From: Archaeoglobaceae archaeon
Lineage (GTDB): Archaea; Halobacteriota; Archaeoglobi; Archaeoglobales; Archaeoglobaceae
Direction: 5' to 3'
NCBI GenBank assembly: GCA_027066965.1
Contig: JAMOMT010000106.1
Span: 1 to 37,562, forward strand
DNA: 37,562 bases
Both the position numbers and the translations under genes were made by a program. The first letter of the stretch is position 1. Each line of letters opens with the position of its first letter. Shown in pieces: positions 15,851 to 24,868 of this stretch. Under the pieces are notes generated by a model. It had not been told where the DNA came from. It worked only from the letters and a program-made list of their open reading frames with translations, and searched no databases.

Positions 15851-17479
15851 ATGAAGTTAAAGCCGGGATTCTTTTTTCCCCTGCTGAAAGAGTACGCTGG
15901 AGACGTAAGCGAAAAAGAAATACTCGGAGACTGGAAAGCCGGAATAAACGAGAAGATAATAAGGGAGTACTGGATATACAGACCTTTTCTCAAAGTCGTT
16001 ATAACGTTCAACAAGTCAACTTCCGAGAAAACTTACGTTGCTGTAGAGCCCATGCTTGTGAAGGAGGAAGTTCAGCTCCTCGACGAGATATATAAGGACC
16101 TAGAGGATGTTCTCATGCTGAAGGACGTTTCCATAAGCCCAGAGGCGAAGGCGGAGATACTCGTTAAGACTTACAGGGACATAGTCAGAGAGTATGGAGT
16201 CGTTATATCCGACGTTTTGAACGCGAAGTACCTCTACTACCTCTTCAGGGATTTCCTCGGCATAGGTGTGATAGAGCCAATAATGGACGACCCGTACATA
16301 GAGGACATTCACTGCGACGGATACGAGATACCGGTCTACGTTTACCACAAGGAGTTCGGAAACCTCAGGACTTACCTGAAGTTTAGTCAGGAAGCGCTAG
16401 ACAGGTACGTTCAAGCACTCGTGCAGATATGCAACAAGCACATCAGTCATGGGAACCCGATAATAGATGCAACTCTCCCAGATGGCAGCAGGTTGCAGGC
16501 AACTTACGGAATGGATGTTACGCCGAGGGGCTCTTCTTTCACGATAAGGAAGTTCAGTGAAGATCCTCTAACACCCATAGACCTGCTGAGGCTCGGAACT
16601 TACACAGCAGAGCAGCTCGCTTACTTCTGGATGGCTGTCGAGAACAAGCTCAACGTCATGATCATAGGAGAAACTGCGAGTGGCAAGACAACGACACTCA
16701 ACGCTCTGTTGATGTTCGTTCCGCCGGAAGCAAAGATAGTCTCCATAGAGGACACGAGGGAGATAGCACTCATGCACGAGAATTGGGTGGCAGAGGTGAC
16801 GAGGCAGGCTATAGGTGATCAGGAGAAGGAGATAGATATGTACGACCTCCTCAAAACATCTCTCAGGCAAAGACCAGACTACATAGTGGTCGGAGAGGTT
16901 AGAGGAAGAGAAGCTCAAACGCTGTTTCAGGCGATGAGCACAGGACACGCTGCCTACGCCACTCTGCACGCTGGAGATATTCAACAAGCTATATACAGGC
17001 TCGAAAACGAGCCTTTGAATGTCCCGAGGAGCATGATACAGTTCCTCGACATAATAATCGTGCAGATACAGTGGACTAAGGGAGGAGTAAAGAAGAGGAG
17101 AGCTAGAGGAGTTTACGAGGTCCTCGGAATAGATCCATCTGATAAGAACCTGCTGATAAACGAGGTTTACGTCTGGGACCCGTACAGCGATACCTACATA
17201 CTGAGTGGAATCATGAAGAAGCTTGAAAAGATTGCAATGGTGACTGGAGATGATCTCGACGCCACTTACGGCGAGCTAAGGAGGAGAGAGACCTTCCTCA
17301 GGAAACTGCACGAGCTCGGAGTGAGAAACTACAGAGACGTGACTAGCCTGATCCACGCATACTACAGAAACCCGGATCAGGAAATAGAGAAGATAATAAA
17401 GGACACTCTAGAGTACAGGAGGGCGGAGGAAGAGAAGCTGAAGGAGAAGGGCATAGGCGTTTACAGCTCTTACGCCTAA
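15851..17479 (+). CDS. Archaeal type IV pilus/archaellum-class secretion ATPase (FlaI/PilB/VirB11 superfamily)
   Basis: GETASGKTTTLNAL (Walker A), IVSIEDTREI, RPDYIVVGEVRGREA (Walker B / Asp box), MSTGHAAYATLHA (His box). TATA-like ttataa about 25 nt upstream of the ATG. Confidence 0.85.
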   Translation: MKLKPGFFFPLLKEYAGDVSEKEILGDWKAGINEKIIREYWIYRPFLKVVITFNKSTSEKTYVAVEPMLVKEEVQLLDEIYKDLEDVLMLKDVSISPEAKAEILVKTYRDIVREYGVVISDVLNAKYLYYLFRDFLGIGVIEPIMDDPYIEDIHCDGYEIPVYVYHKEFGNLRTYLKFSQEALDRYVQALVQICNKHISHGNPIIDATLPDGSRLQATYGMDVTPRGSSFTIRKFSEDPLTPIDLLRLGTYTAEQLAYFWMAVENKLNVMIIGETASGKTTTLNALLMFVPPEAKIVSIEDTREIALMHENWVAEVTRQAIGDQEKEIDMYDLLKTSLRQRPDYIVVGEVRGREAQTLFQAMSTGHAAYATLHAGDIQQAIYRLENEPLNVPRSMIQFLDIIIVQIQWTKGGVKKRRARGVYEVLGIDPSDKNLLINEVYVWDPYSDTYILSGIMKKLEKIAMVTGDDLDATYGELRRRETFLRKLHELGVRNYRDVTSLIHAYYRNPDQEIEKIIKDTLEYRRAEEEKLKEKGIGVYSSYA

Positions 17480-17583
17480 AGCTTTGAACTCATATTTAAA
17501 GCACATTAGTAAATCTTTAGTATTCTATTATAATATTTCTGTAAGCAAAATTAATCGTCCCGATTGCCATCACCATGCAAAGG

Positions 17584-17602
17584 TATTTATATATTTTATA
17601 AA
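17584..17602 (+). promoter_or_regulatory. TATA-box region of the tbp promoter
   Basis: tatttatatattttataaa sits 22-40 nt upstream of ATG 17624, and a G-rich SD-like ggggggt lies directly before the start. Confidence 0.5.
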
Positions 17603-17623
17603 CCCTTAAATACGGGGGGTAGA

Positions 17624-18175
17624 ATGAAGGATTACAAGATAAAGATCGAGAATGTCGTCGCCTCCACCCAGATAGGCGAGGACATAGACCTGAACAAAAT
17701 AGCGAAAGAGGTGCCGGATGCTGAGTACAAGCCCAAGCAGTTTCCGGGACTCGTTCTTAGAACCAAGGAACCAAAAGCGGCTGCTCTTATTTTCAGGAGC
17801 GGAAAGGTCGTGTGTACGGGCTCTAAGTCTGTTGAAGATGCAAACAGGGCAGTGAGACAGGTGGTGAAGATAATAAAAAGGCTCGGAATACCTGTCATAG
17901 ACGAACCTGAGGTAAAGGTCCAGAACATCGTTGCTTCAGCAGACCTCGGCGTCGATTTGAACCTCAACGCGATAGCAATAGGTCTCGGGCTGGAGAACAT
18001 AGAGTACGAGCCGGAACAGTTTCCGGGACTCGTTTATAGGCTCGACGACCCTAGAGTCGTCGTCCTGATTTTCGGGTCTGGAAAGATGGTCGTAACCGGG
18101 GGGAAAAACCCAGAGGACGCTGTAAAAGCCGTGGAAAGAATAGCGGAGGAGTTAACAGCTCTTGGTCTGATGTAA
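17624..18175 (+). CDS. tbp: TATA-box binding protein
   Basis: Two direct repeats [33 protein letters not shown] / [33 protein letters not shown]. Start at [10 protein letters not shown]. Confidence 0.95.
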   Translation: MKDYKIKIENVVASTQIGEDIDLNKIAKEVPDAEYKPKQFPGLVLRTKEPKAAALIFRSGKVVCTGSKSVEDANRAVRQVVKIIKRLGIPVIDEPEVKVQNIVASADLGVDLNLNAIAIGLGLENIEYEPEQFPGLVYRLDDPRVVVLIFGSGKMVVTGGKNPEDAVKAVERIAEELTALGLM

Positions 18176-18257
18176 CTTTAAAGTTTTTAATAAAGTTTTC
18201 TCTTAATTGAAGGGGGTGCAAGCATGCACGACTTTCAGCAGGTTGAAAGGTTACCGC

Positions 18258-18282
18258 GGTTTTTACCAGTTTTGTAAAAACC
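18258..18282. promoter_or_regulatory. Inverted repeat GGTTTTTAC-N7-GTAAAAACC just upstream of the trx promoter (candidate operator)
   Basis: Perfect 9-bp arms read directly. A TATA-like gttaaatat follows at about 18290, and the trx ATG is at 18320. Confidence 0.35.
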
Positions 18283-18319
18283 AGTAAAAGTTAAATATCT
18301 CTCCTCCCACCTCGAGAGC

Positions 18320-18637
18320 ATGATGGAACTCAACGCGAGGACATTTGAAGAGGCGATAAACAGAGACGAGCTCGTAGTGATAGACTTCTATGCGGATTGG
18401 TGCGGACCTTGTAGATTTCTGTCACCCGTGCTTGAGAAACTGGAGAAGGAGTACGAAGGAAAGGTGAAGTTCTACAAGGTAAACGTTGATAAAAGTCCTG
18501 AGCTTGCGAACTACTTTGGAATCTCGAGCATTCCGGCAGTTCTGATGTTCAAAAGAGGAAAGGTCGTCAACGCCTTTATTGGAGCTCTGCCCGAATCCGC
18601 TGTGAGGGCTGAAATAGAGAAGGCTCTGAACGCATGA
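18320..18637 (+). CDS. trxA: Thioredoxin
   Basis: DFYADWCGPCR active site; 105 aa; canonical thioredoxin layout. Confidence 0.9.
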   Translation: MMELNARTFEEAINRDELVVIDFYADWCGPCRFLSPVLEKLEKEYEGKVKFYKVNVDKSPELANYFGISSIPAVLMFKRGKVVNAFIGALPESAVRAEIEKALNA

Positions 18638-18993
18638 AGTCGCTCGTAGAGGCAATATCGTTGCTTAGGTGCGACAACGTTCTGGAGTGTTTTTTCGGAC
18701 TCAACGAGCTCGATGTCTCGATATACAGAGCCTTGCTCGGCGATCCTATGAAGAGCCAAGATATCGCAAAGATCGTGGGTAGAGGAGAAAACGCCGTTTA
18801 CAAGTCCCTACAGAAGCTCCTAATATGCGGACTCGTTGTCAGAGAGAAGAGGTGCTCGGATGGGGGAGGATACTACTACGTCTACTCAGCCGTTAAGCCA
18901 AAGGACGTGGCCGAAAAAATGAGGAGGAGTGTGGAAGAGCTTAGAAAGAAGTTACTGAGAGCTGTAGACGAGTTTGAGCAGTCATTCCGGTGA
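18634..18993 (+). CDS. Winged-helix (TrmB/ArsR-like) transcriptional regulator
   Basis: LNELDVSIYRALLGDPMKSQDIAKIVGRGENAVYKSLQKLLICGLVVRE is a wHTH pattern. ATGA overlap with the trx stop. Four Cys residues (CDNVLEC, C65, C74). Confidence 0.7.
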   Translation: MKSLVEAISLLRCDNVLECFFGLNELDVSIYRALLGDPMKSQDIAKIVGRGENAVYKSLQKLLICGLVVREKRCSDGGGYYYVYSAVKPKDVAEKMRRSVEELRKKLLRAVDEFEQSFR

Positions 18994-19033
18994 CTTCTAT
19001 TTCCAACTGAGAACTCAAAGGTCGCACGAAATA

Positions 19034-20134
19034 TCAGAAATTATACTCCCCGTACTTTGCCCATATACTGCAAGTTCCTTCAAAACTAACCATACAAGGG
19101 CCAACTGGATCTCTCGGAGTGCAGCTTTTCATGAACAGCGGGCAATCCTTGGGAGTTATCAGTCCCCTTAGCACCTCACCACACCTACACGCTCTTTTCT
19201 TCGGATCCTCTGAGGGCGTGAAATCTTCAAATACATCTTCAAAAGCAAAACAGGCGTCGTGCTCTGAATATTTCTTGGAAATCGGAGCTCCCGAGTTGGG
19301 AACGACTCCAAGCCCCCTCCACTCCCAGTCCTCCCTGCCAAACACTTCCTCCATAACCTTCTGAGCCTTGACGTTTCCCTCGTAGCTAACGGCCCTCGTA
19401 TACTCGTTCATGAGCAAACTCTCAGGTTTTTCACCAGCTCTAAGCTTTTTCACAGTCTTTACGAGCATGAAAACTGCAAGCAATACGTCGTTAGCCTCGA
19501 AACCGGCTATAACTTGTGGAACTCTATACTTTTCCGTTATTTCGTTGTAAGCCTTAACTCCGACAATCGTTGAGACATGACCAGGATTTATGAATGCATC
19601 TATCCTCGCCTCTCCGAGGGAGAGCAGGTAGTCCATAGCTGGAATGAAGTAGCGGTGAGACGAAAACACGTAAAAGTTTTCAACGTCATCCAGTACCGCA
19701 AGAGCCGTTGATGGCATCGTCGTCTCGAACCCTATGCCAAAGTGAACTACCGGCTTGCTCTCCTTTTTCGCTATTTCAACGGCGTCGAAAACGCTGTAAA
19801 CGATTCTGACATCTCTCTCTCCGCGAAAACTGAAGAGAGTTTTTCCCATACACGGCACTCTCGCCATATCTCCGAAAGTGGTCAGAATTACGTCTTTTTT
19901 CTCGAGCAGGTGAAAGACTTTCTGCAAATCCGAATCGGGAGTTATGCAAACGGGGCAGCCTGGACCGCTCAGTAGCTTCACGTTTTTGGGCAGGAGAGAC
20001 CTTATACCATATCTTGTTATCGTGTCCTCGTGCGTCCCGCAGAGGTGCATTATTCTTATCTCTTCCTCTCCCTTCGCTTCCTCTCTAATCATCTCCGCTA
20101 TCTTTTTCCCGAGGCTCAAGATTTCACCTTCCAC
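19034..20134 (-). CDS. hypD: Hydrogenase maturation protein HypD
   Basis: MHLCGTHEDTI, GPGCPVCITP, C-terminal PCMVSFEGTCSIW. The listed start is GTG. A TTG at 20119 preceded by gaaggtga (SD-like) is an alternative. Confidence 0.9.
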   Translation of the reverse strand: MEGEILSLGKKIAEMIREEAKGEEEIRIMHLCGTHEDTITRYGIRSLLPKNVKLLSGPGCPVCITPDSDLQKVFHLLEKKDVILTTFGDMARVPCMGKTLFSFRGERDVRIVYSVFDAVEIAKKESKPVVHFGIGFETTMPSTALAVLDDVENFYVFSSHRYFIPAMDYLLSLGEARIDAFINPGHVSTIVGVKAYNEITEKYRVPQVIAGFEANDVLLAVFMLVKTVKKLRAGEKPESLLMNEYTRAVSYEGNVKAQKVMEEVFGREDWEWRGLGVVPNSGAPISKKYSEHDACFAFEDVFEDFTPSEDPKKRACRCGEVLRGLITPKDCPLFMKSCTPRDPVGPCMVSFEGTCSIWAKYGEYNF

Positions 20135-20183
20135 GCTTACTAAGTTCTCTGATTTTAAGCGAACTCAACGAACAAAACACACA

Positions 20184-20396
20184 TCAGCAAGCGAGTTGTT
20201 CGAGAAAGCTCTCTATTTCTTCCGCCTCACTCTTCTCGACCTTCTGTATGGCAAAGCCCACGTGCACAAGGACGTAGTCCCCTGCTTTCACGTCGTCAAG
20301 AAGGTCTATTCTCACTTTTCTTCTTGCACCTTTGAAGTCAACGACCGCAAATGGATAATCAACCTCGACAACTTTTCCTGGAACTGCAAGGCACAA
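20184..20396 (-). CDS. hypC: Hydrogenase maturation protein HypC
   Basis: CLAVPGKVVEV. The family requires Cys directly after the initiator Met, which is met only by starting at TTG 20396 (reads M-CLAVPG), 5 nt after the hypB stop. Confidence 0.85.
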   Translation of the reverse strand: MCLAVPGKVVEVDYPFAVVDFKGARRKVRIDLLDDVKAGDYVLVHVGFAIQKVEKSEAEEIESFLEQLAC

Positions 20397-20401
20397 CCAA
20401 A

Positions 20402-21076
20402 TCACCCCTTGAGCTTTCTTGCCCTCTCATACGTGTCCATCAACCACTCCAGCCACTCTTCAAACCCCTCGCCAGTCTTGAGGTCCATCTTTATCACAGG
20501 AGCTTTCGCATTTAGTCTTCTCGCGTCTCTCACCATCGTTTCTACGTCAGAGCCCACAGCTTCAGCGAGAGAGACTTTGTTTATTATTATAGCATCCGCC
20601 AGTCTGAATATTTCTGGATGTTTCCTCACAACATCGTCTCCTTCGGTCACGCTCACAATAACGATCCTGTAGTCCTCTCCAAGGTCGAAGTCAACTGGAC
20701 AGACAAGGTTACCTACGTTCTCCATGAAGAGCAGGTCGACATCTCCAAACTCCTCTATCGCGTGGTGTATAAGGTGAGCGTCGAGATGACATTCCTTACC
20801 TGTGTTCACCATCTTAGCTTTCACACCATGCTTTGTGACCCTCCTGTAGTCGTCGTCTCCCGCAACGTCTCCAAGTATTGCACCTATTTTCAACCTATCC
20901 CCAAGAGAGTCAGCCGTTCTCTCTATTAGGAGAGTCTTTCCACTCCCGGTAGCACCCATCAGGTTGAAAGCAACAACCCCATGTTTGGCAAGAAACTCCC
21001 TGTTCTCTCCCGCAAACTTCCTGTTCTCCTCAAGCAGGCTAATCTCCGCATCAACCTCAATTCTGTGCAACCTCAC
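20402..21076 (-). CDS. hypB: Hydrogenase nickel-incorporation GTPase HypB
   Basis: GATGSGKT P-loop, ENVGNLVCP, IINKV. Start placed at GTG 21076, overlapping the hypA stop (GTGTGA). The longer ORF would overlap hypA by 70 nt. Confidence 0.85.
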   Translation of the reverse strand: MRLHRIEVDAEISLLEENRKFAGENREFLAKHGVVAFNLMGATGSGKTLLIERTADSLGDRLKIGAILGDVAGDDDYRRVTKHGVKAKMVNTGKECHLDAHLIHHAIEEFGDVDLLFMENVGNLVCPVDFDLGEDYRIVIVSVTEGDDVVRKHPEIFRLADAIIINKVSLAEAVGSDVETMVRDARRLNAKAPVIKMDLKTGEGFEEWLEWLMDTYERARKLKG

Positions 21077-21405
21077 ACCTCCATCTCGACCTTTTTTATG
21101 ATCGCATCTTTTCCGCCCTCCACGCTTACAACTCCGCCACAATCGCAGAGAGCAAAGGGCGTGTCAAACTCCCTTCCGCAGAGAGTGCACCTTATAACAG
21201 GTTTTACAATGTTCAGCTCAAGTTCAGAGCCTTCCGCTATCGTCCCCTTCGTTATGACATCATAACAGAACCTGAGCTGTTCAGGGTTAAGCATGAGTAA
21301 CTCTCCAACGTCAACAACAACCCTCGTAATCCTCTTCGCCTTCTTCTCCTCCGCTATTCTGAGCACGCTTTCGAGCAAAGACTGGGCGAAACTCATCTCG
21401 TGCAC
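21073..21405 (-). CDS. hypA: Hydrogenase nickel-insertion protein HypA
   Basis: The N-terminal MHE Ni-binding motif (MHEMSFAQS) is obtained only with the GTG start at 21405. Zn site CTLCG...CDCGG. Confidence 0.9.
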   Translation of the reverse strand: MHEMSFAQSLLESVLRIAEEKKAKRITRVVVDVGELLMLNPEQLRFCYDVITKGTIAEGSELELNIVKPVIRCTLCGREFDTPFALCDCGGVVSVEGGKDAIIKKVEMEV

Positions 21406-21705
21406 GACAGAAGTCGTGCGGGAAGGTATATATCTTCATCGCCAATTGACTGATGAAGTTAAAGATCAGCTGCCTCTTTGGTGCTACTCAACTAAAAATT
21501 AATATAACTTAATCATACTAAAAACAGTATTAGTAACACCAAAAGTTCAGCGAACGCCGAAGCACATTTGGCTGTGGAAAATAGATTATCAGATTTGCTG
21601 ATTGCTATTTTCAGTGCCAAACTGCAGGCTTGACAGGCCTATCGAGCTCGTGAGAGAAGCAACTAATATATGTATTCAATATCTTACTCTAATATAATAA
21701 AAAAT

Positions 21706-22944
21706 TTAAACAAACATAACTCCTTTCAGCTCGAACGGCTTGGACTGCTTCTTCATTACCTTCTCCACTGCCTTCTCAAAGTCCTTCATCCGCACTTTCG
21801 TCCTGTCGTCCCTTATCGCCATCATTCCCGCCTCTGTAACTATAGCCCTTATGTCCGCCCCGCTCGCTCCCTCCGTCATGCTCGCAAGTTCCTTCAGATC
21901 CACATCGTTATCGAGCTTCATACCCCTCGTGTGTATGCGGAATATCGCAAGCCTGCCTTCAAAGTCTGGTAGGGGTGTTTCTATTATCCTGTCGAACCTC
22001 CCTGGCCTAAGTATAGCAGGATCAAGGATATCTATCCTGTTCGTGGCTCCAATTATCTTTATGTCTCCCCTCGGATCGAACCCATCCATTTCAGCGAGCA
22101 GCTGCATGAGAGTTCTCTGAACCTCTCTATCACCACTCGTGTCGCTGTTTGTCCTCCTCGCCGCTATGGCGTCGATCTCGTCGATGAATATTATCGAAGG
22201 TGCCTTCTCCTTGGCGAGCTGGAAAACTTCCCTTACGAGTCTCGCCCCCTCACCTATGTACTTCTGGACGAACTCGCTGCCAACGACCCTTATGAATGTT
22301 GCCTTCGTTTGATTGGCAACCGCCTTTGCAAGCAGAGTCTTACCTGTGCCGGGTGGCCCGTAGAGCAGAACTCCTTTCGGCGGTTCTATTCCGACTTCTT
22401 CGAAAAGCTTTGGCTTTAACAGTGGAAGCTCTATTGCTTCCCTTATCTCCTCAATCTGCTTCTCCAGCCCCCCTATGTCAGAGTATGTTACTTTTGGCCT
22501 TTCCTCCACCTCGAAGCCGTAAACTGCAGGATCTTTCGGAGGTGGAAGGACGCTGACGACTGCGAGAGTTTGCTGGTTCATTGCCACCCTTGCACCAGGC
22601 TTCAGCTCGTCGCTGCTTATGTGCTGGGACGCGTGAACGACAAACTTGGGGCCAGTTGAGGACTTGACGACTATTCTACCGTCGGAAAGGACATCGGATA
22701 TTACCCCCACGAGCAGAGGGGGGGTTCTCAGCCTCTCTATCTCGCTCCTGAGTCTCCTCACTTCTCTCTCGTACCTTATCCTCTCGGATTCCACAAACCT
22801 CTTTTCGTCCTCAAGCTTCCGGTAAAGCTCCTTTAGCCTGACGTACTCCTCCTCAAGTTGTCTGAGTCTATCAAGTAAGTATTCCGAAACGTTAACGTCC
22901 TTCGGATATTCCCTTACAACATCATCGTCACTCTCCACTTTCAT
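21706..22944 (-). CDS. pan: Proteasome-activating nucleotidase PAN (AAA+ ATPase)
   Basis: Coiled coil ([24 protein letters not shown]), OB region, [21 protein letters not shown], second region of homology. Start at ATG 22944 (MKVESDDD), preceded by ggtggaggtt as SD. Confidence 0.9.
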   Translation of the reverse strand: MKVESDDDVVREYPKDVNVSEYLLDRLRQLEEEYVRLKELYRKLEDEKRFVESERIRYEREVRRLRSEIERLRTPPLLVGVISDVLSDGRIVVKSSTGPKFVVHASQHISSDELKPGARVAMNQQTLAVVSVLPPPKDPAVYGFEVEERPKVTYSDIGGLEKQIEEIREAIELPLLKPKLFEEVGIEPPKGVLLYGPPGTGKTLLAKAVANQTKATFIRVVGSEFVQKYIGEGARLVREVFQLAKEKAPSIIFIDEIDAIAARRTNSDTSGDREVQRTLMQLLAEMDGFDPRGDIKIIGATNRIDILDPAILRPGRFDRIIETPLPDFEGRLAIFRIHTRGMKLDNDVDLKELASMTEGASGADIRAIVTEAGMMAIRDDRTKVRMKDFEKAVEKVMKKQSKPFELKGVMFV

Positions 22945-23165
22945 AACCTCCACCAAACTCTTTAATCGCATACCTTCGATTACTTTTAAACTTTCTCTTT
23001 TCTTAAACCTTTTCGAGGCCCCGATAGCTGTCAAGTGACTCCAAAAGTAATACTATCCCGCAGAAGTATATAAACATATCGATAAAAAATATGGGGAAGC
23101 AAACGAAAAGCAATAAAGTTGAGAGTGCCAACTTCCTCAAGCTGGCAGGAAGGGAAGTGAAGAAG

Positions 23166-23630
23166 ATGGAGTGCGAAATCTGCGGTAGAGAGATTAAGGG
23201 CAGGAGCTACAGAATAATAGTGGAAGGAAGCGAGATGACTGTGTGTGCAAGATGCAAGGAGTACGGCGTGGAGAAGCCGTTCAGAGAAGTCAAGAAGCTT
23301 ACACTCAGGAAGAAGAGCAAACCAAGAACTGAACCCATAGTTTTCGTGGAGGAACTAGTAGAGAACTTCAGCCAGATAATAAGAAGGGAAAGAGAAAAGA
23401 GGGGCTGGAGCCAGGCAGAACTCGCGAAGAGAATTCAGGAGAAGGAGTCCCTGATAAGGAAAATTGAGAACGGCGAGATAACTCCAGAGCCAGAGGTTGT
23501 GGAGAAGCTCGAAAAGCTGTTCGGGTTGAAGCTTAGGGAGAAGGTTCCGGAAGTAAAGGTAGAGACCAAGAAAAGTAACCTCACTCCAACCCTCGGAGAT
23601 GTAGTCGTTATAAAGAAGAAAAAGAAGTAG
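23166..23630 (+). CDS. mbf1: Archaeal multiprotein bridging factor 1 (Zn-ribbon + XRE HTH)
   Basis: MECEICGRE...CARCKEYG zinc ribbon, then IRREREKRGWSQAELAKRIQEKESLIRKIENG HTH. The ATG at 23091 is a possible alternative (leaderless) start. Confidence 0.8.
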   Translation: MECEICGREIKGRSYRIIVEGSEMTVCARCKEYGVEKPFREVKKLTLRKKSKPRTEPIVFVEELVENFSQIIRREREKRGWSQAELAKRIQEKESLIRKIENGEITPEPEVVEKLEKLFGLKLREKVPEVKVETKKSNLTPTLGDVVVIKKKKK

Positions 23631-23631
23631 C

Positions 23632-24813
23632 ATGAAAGAAGTAGTTGTGAAGGAAAGGGACTACAGGAGGGCTGACGAGGCCGTAAAGAGGGCTGAAGAA
23701 CTCATCAGGAGAGGGTATCAAGAAAAACAAGTGATCAGGTCAGTAAAAAAGTACCTTAAAGGTCTAAAAATCCCTTTTTCGGCGAGAGACGCTTACGTAG
23801 CGGCGAGGCTTAGGATAAGGGGAAAGGAGAAGTTCGGGAAGCTTTCGTCAAAGCTGTTCTTCGATGAGAGTGGTTACAGGTACTCAACTCCATCAGTCGT
23901 GGCGGAATACAGAGCTGAGAGGTTGAAGGACTACGAGGTGGCAGACGTTAGCTGTGGGGCTGGAATGCAGCTATGCTATTTCGGTTTTAGGAGGAGAGCA
24001 ATTGGCGTGGAAATAGAGGAGAAAAGAGCCTATCTCGCAGCCCTGAACATTCTCGCCACTGAAAGCGAGGCGACTGTTTATTGCGGGGATGCGTTCAACT
24101 TCAAAGGAGGTGCCGACGTTATATTCTCGGACCCCGCAAGACCTGAAAGCGAGGTAGTGAGGACTCTCAAATCTCTGCAACCTAACCCACTAAAGATAAT
24201 TGAGAGGTTCAACTCCATGTTCGTTTTCGAGCTTCCTCCACAGATGCCTCCCAAAAGAGTTGATTCCTCCTTTCCCGTAAAGGGAGAAAAGGAGTACACA
24301 TCTTTGGACTTCAGACTTAATAGACTCGCATTTTACACTGGAGAAATAGCCGAATGCGACACCTCAGCAGTTTCCCTACCCTCGAAGGAGAGGGTCACAT
24401 CCGAGGATGAAAAGGCGAGAATTGAAAAGGTAAAAGAGCTGGAACTGGACACTATAGCTGAAGTAGACAGAACGATTACGCACTCCGGACTCCTTGAGAA
24501 CCTTGCAGGAAAACTGGGGATAGAAGCCTACCTGCTTACTTTGGACACAAGGAGAACGTTACTTCAAGTGAAGGATATCGTTCCCTCTGCTTTCCTGAAG
24601 TACTACAATGTCCTCTTCTCTGAGAAGTGTGGAGAGGCGTGCAAGAAAAGGCTGAAAGAGGTAAACGTGGGGAAGGTGACGCTGAGGTTTAACGTTAGGC
24701 CAGAGGAGTACTGGAGGGTGAGGAGGAAGTTCGAGGAGGGACTGAAGGGAGACAGACACGTTTACATGTTTAAAATTGGTGAGAGTTATGTCGTGTGCGA
24801 GCCAGCACGGTGA
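23632..24813 (+). CDS. Class I SAM-dependent methyltransferase (TGS1/Methyltransf_15-like core with extra N- and C-terminal domains)
   Basis: VADVSCGAGMQLCYFG (motif I), VEIEE, YCGDAF, DVIFSDPARPE. The ATG lies 1 nt after the mbf1 stop. Confidence 0.7.
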   Translation: MKEVVVKERDYRRADEAVKRAEELIRRGYQEKQVIRSVKKYLKGLKIPFSARDAYVAARLRIRGKEKFGKLSSKLFFDESGYRYSTPSVVAEYRAERLKDYEVADVSCGAGMQLCYFGFRRRAIGVEIEEKRAYLAALNILATESEATVYCGDAFNFKGGADVIFSDPARPESEVVRTLKSLQPNPLKIIERFNSMFVFELPPQMPPKRVDSSFPVKGEKEYTSLDFRLNRLAFYTGEIAECDTSAVSLPSKERVTSEDEKARIEKVKELELDTIAEVDRTITHSGLLENLAGKLGIEAYLLTLDTRRTLLQVKDIVPSAFLKYYNVLFSEKCGEACKKRLKEVNVGKVTLRFNVRPEEYWRVRRKFEEGLKGDRHVYMFKIGESYVVCEPAR

Positions 24814-24868
24814 AGTGTAAAACTTGGAAGGTGGTATCGTGGATGAGAGCGGTGAGGTTCAGGGAGTA

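Noticed and set aside
19944-20672. 242-aa plus-strand ORF spanning hypD, hypC and hypB.
   Set aside because: It is antisense to three well-supported hyp genes and crosses their intergenic gaps. The sequence is low-complexity (S/L/F-rich) with no motif.
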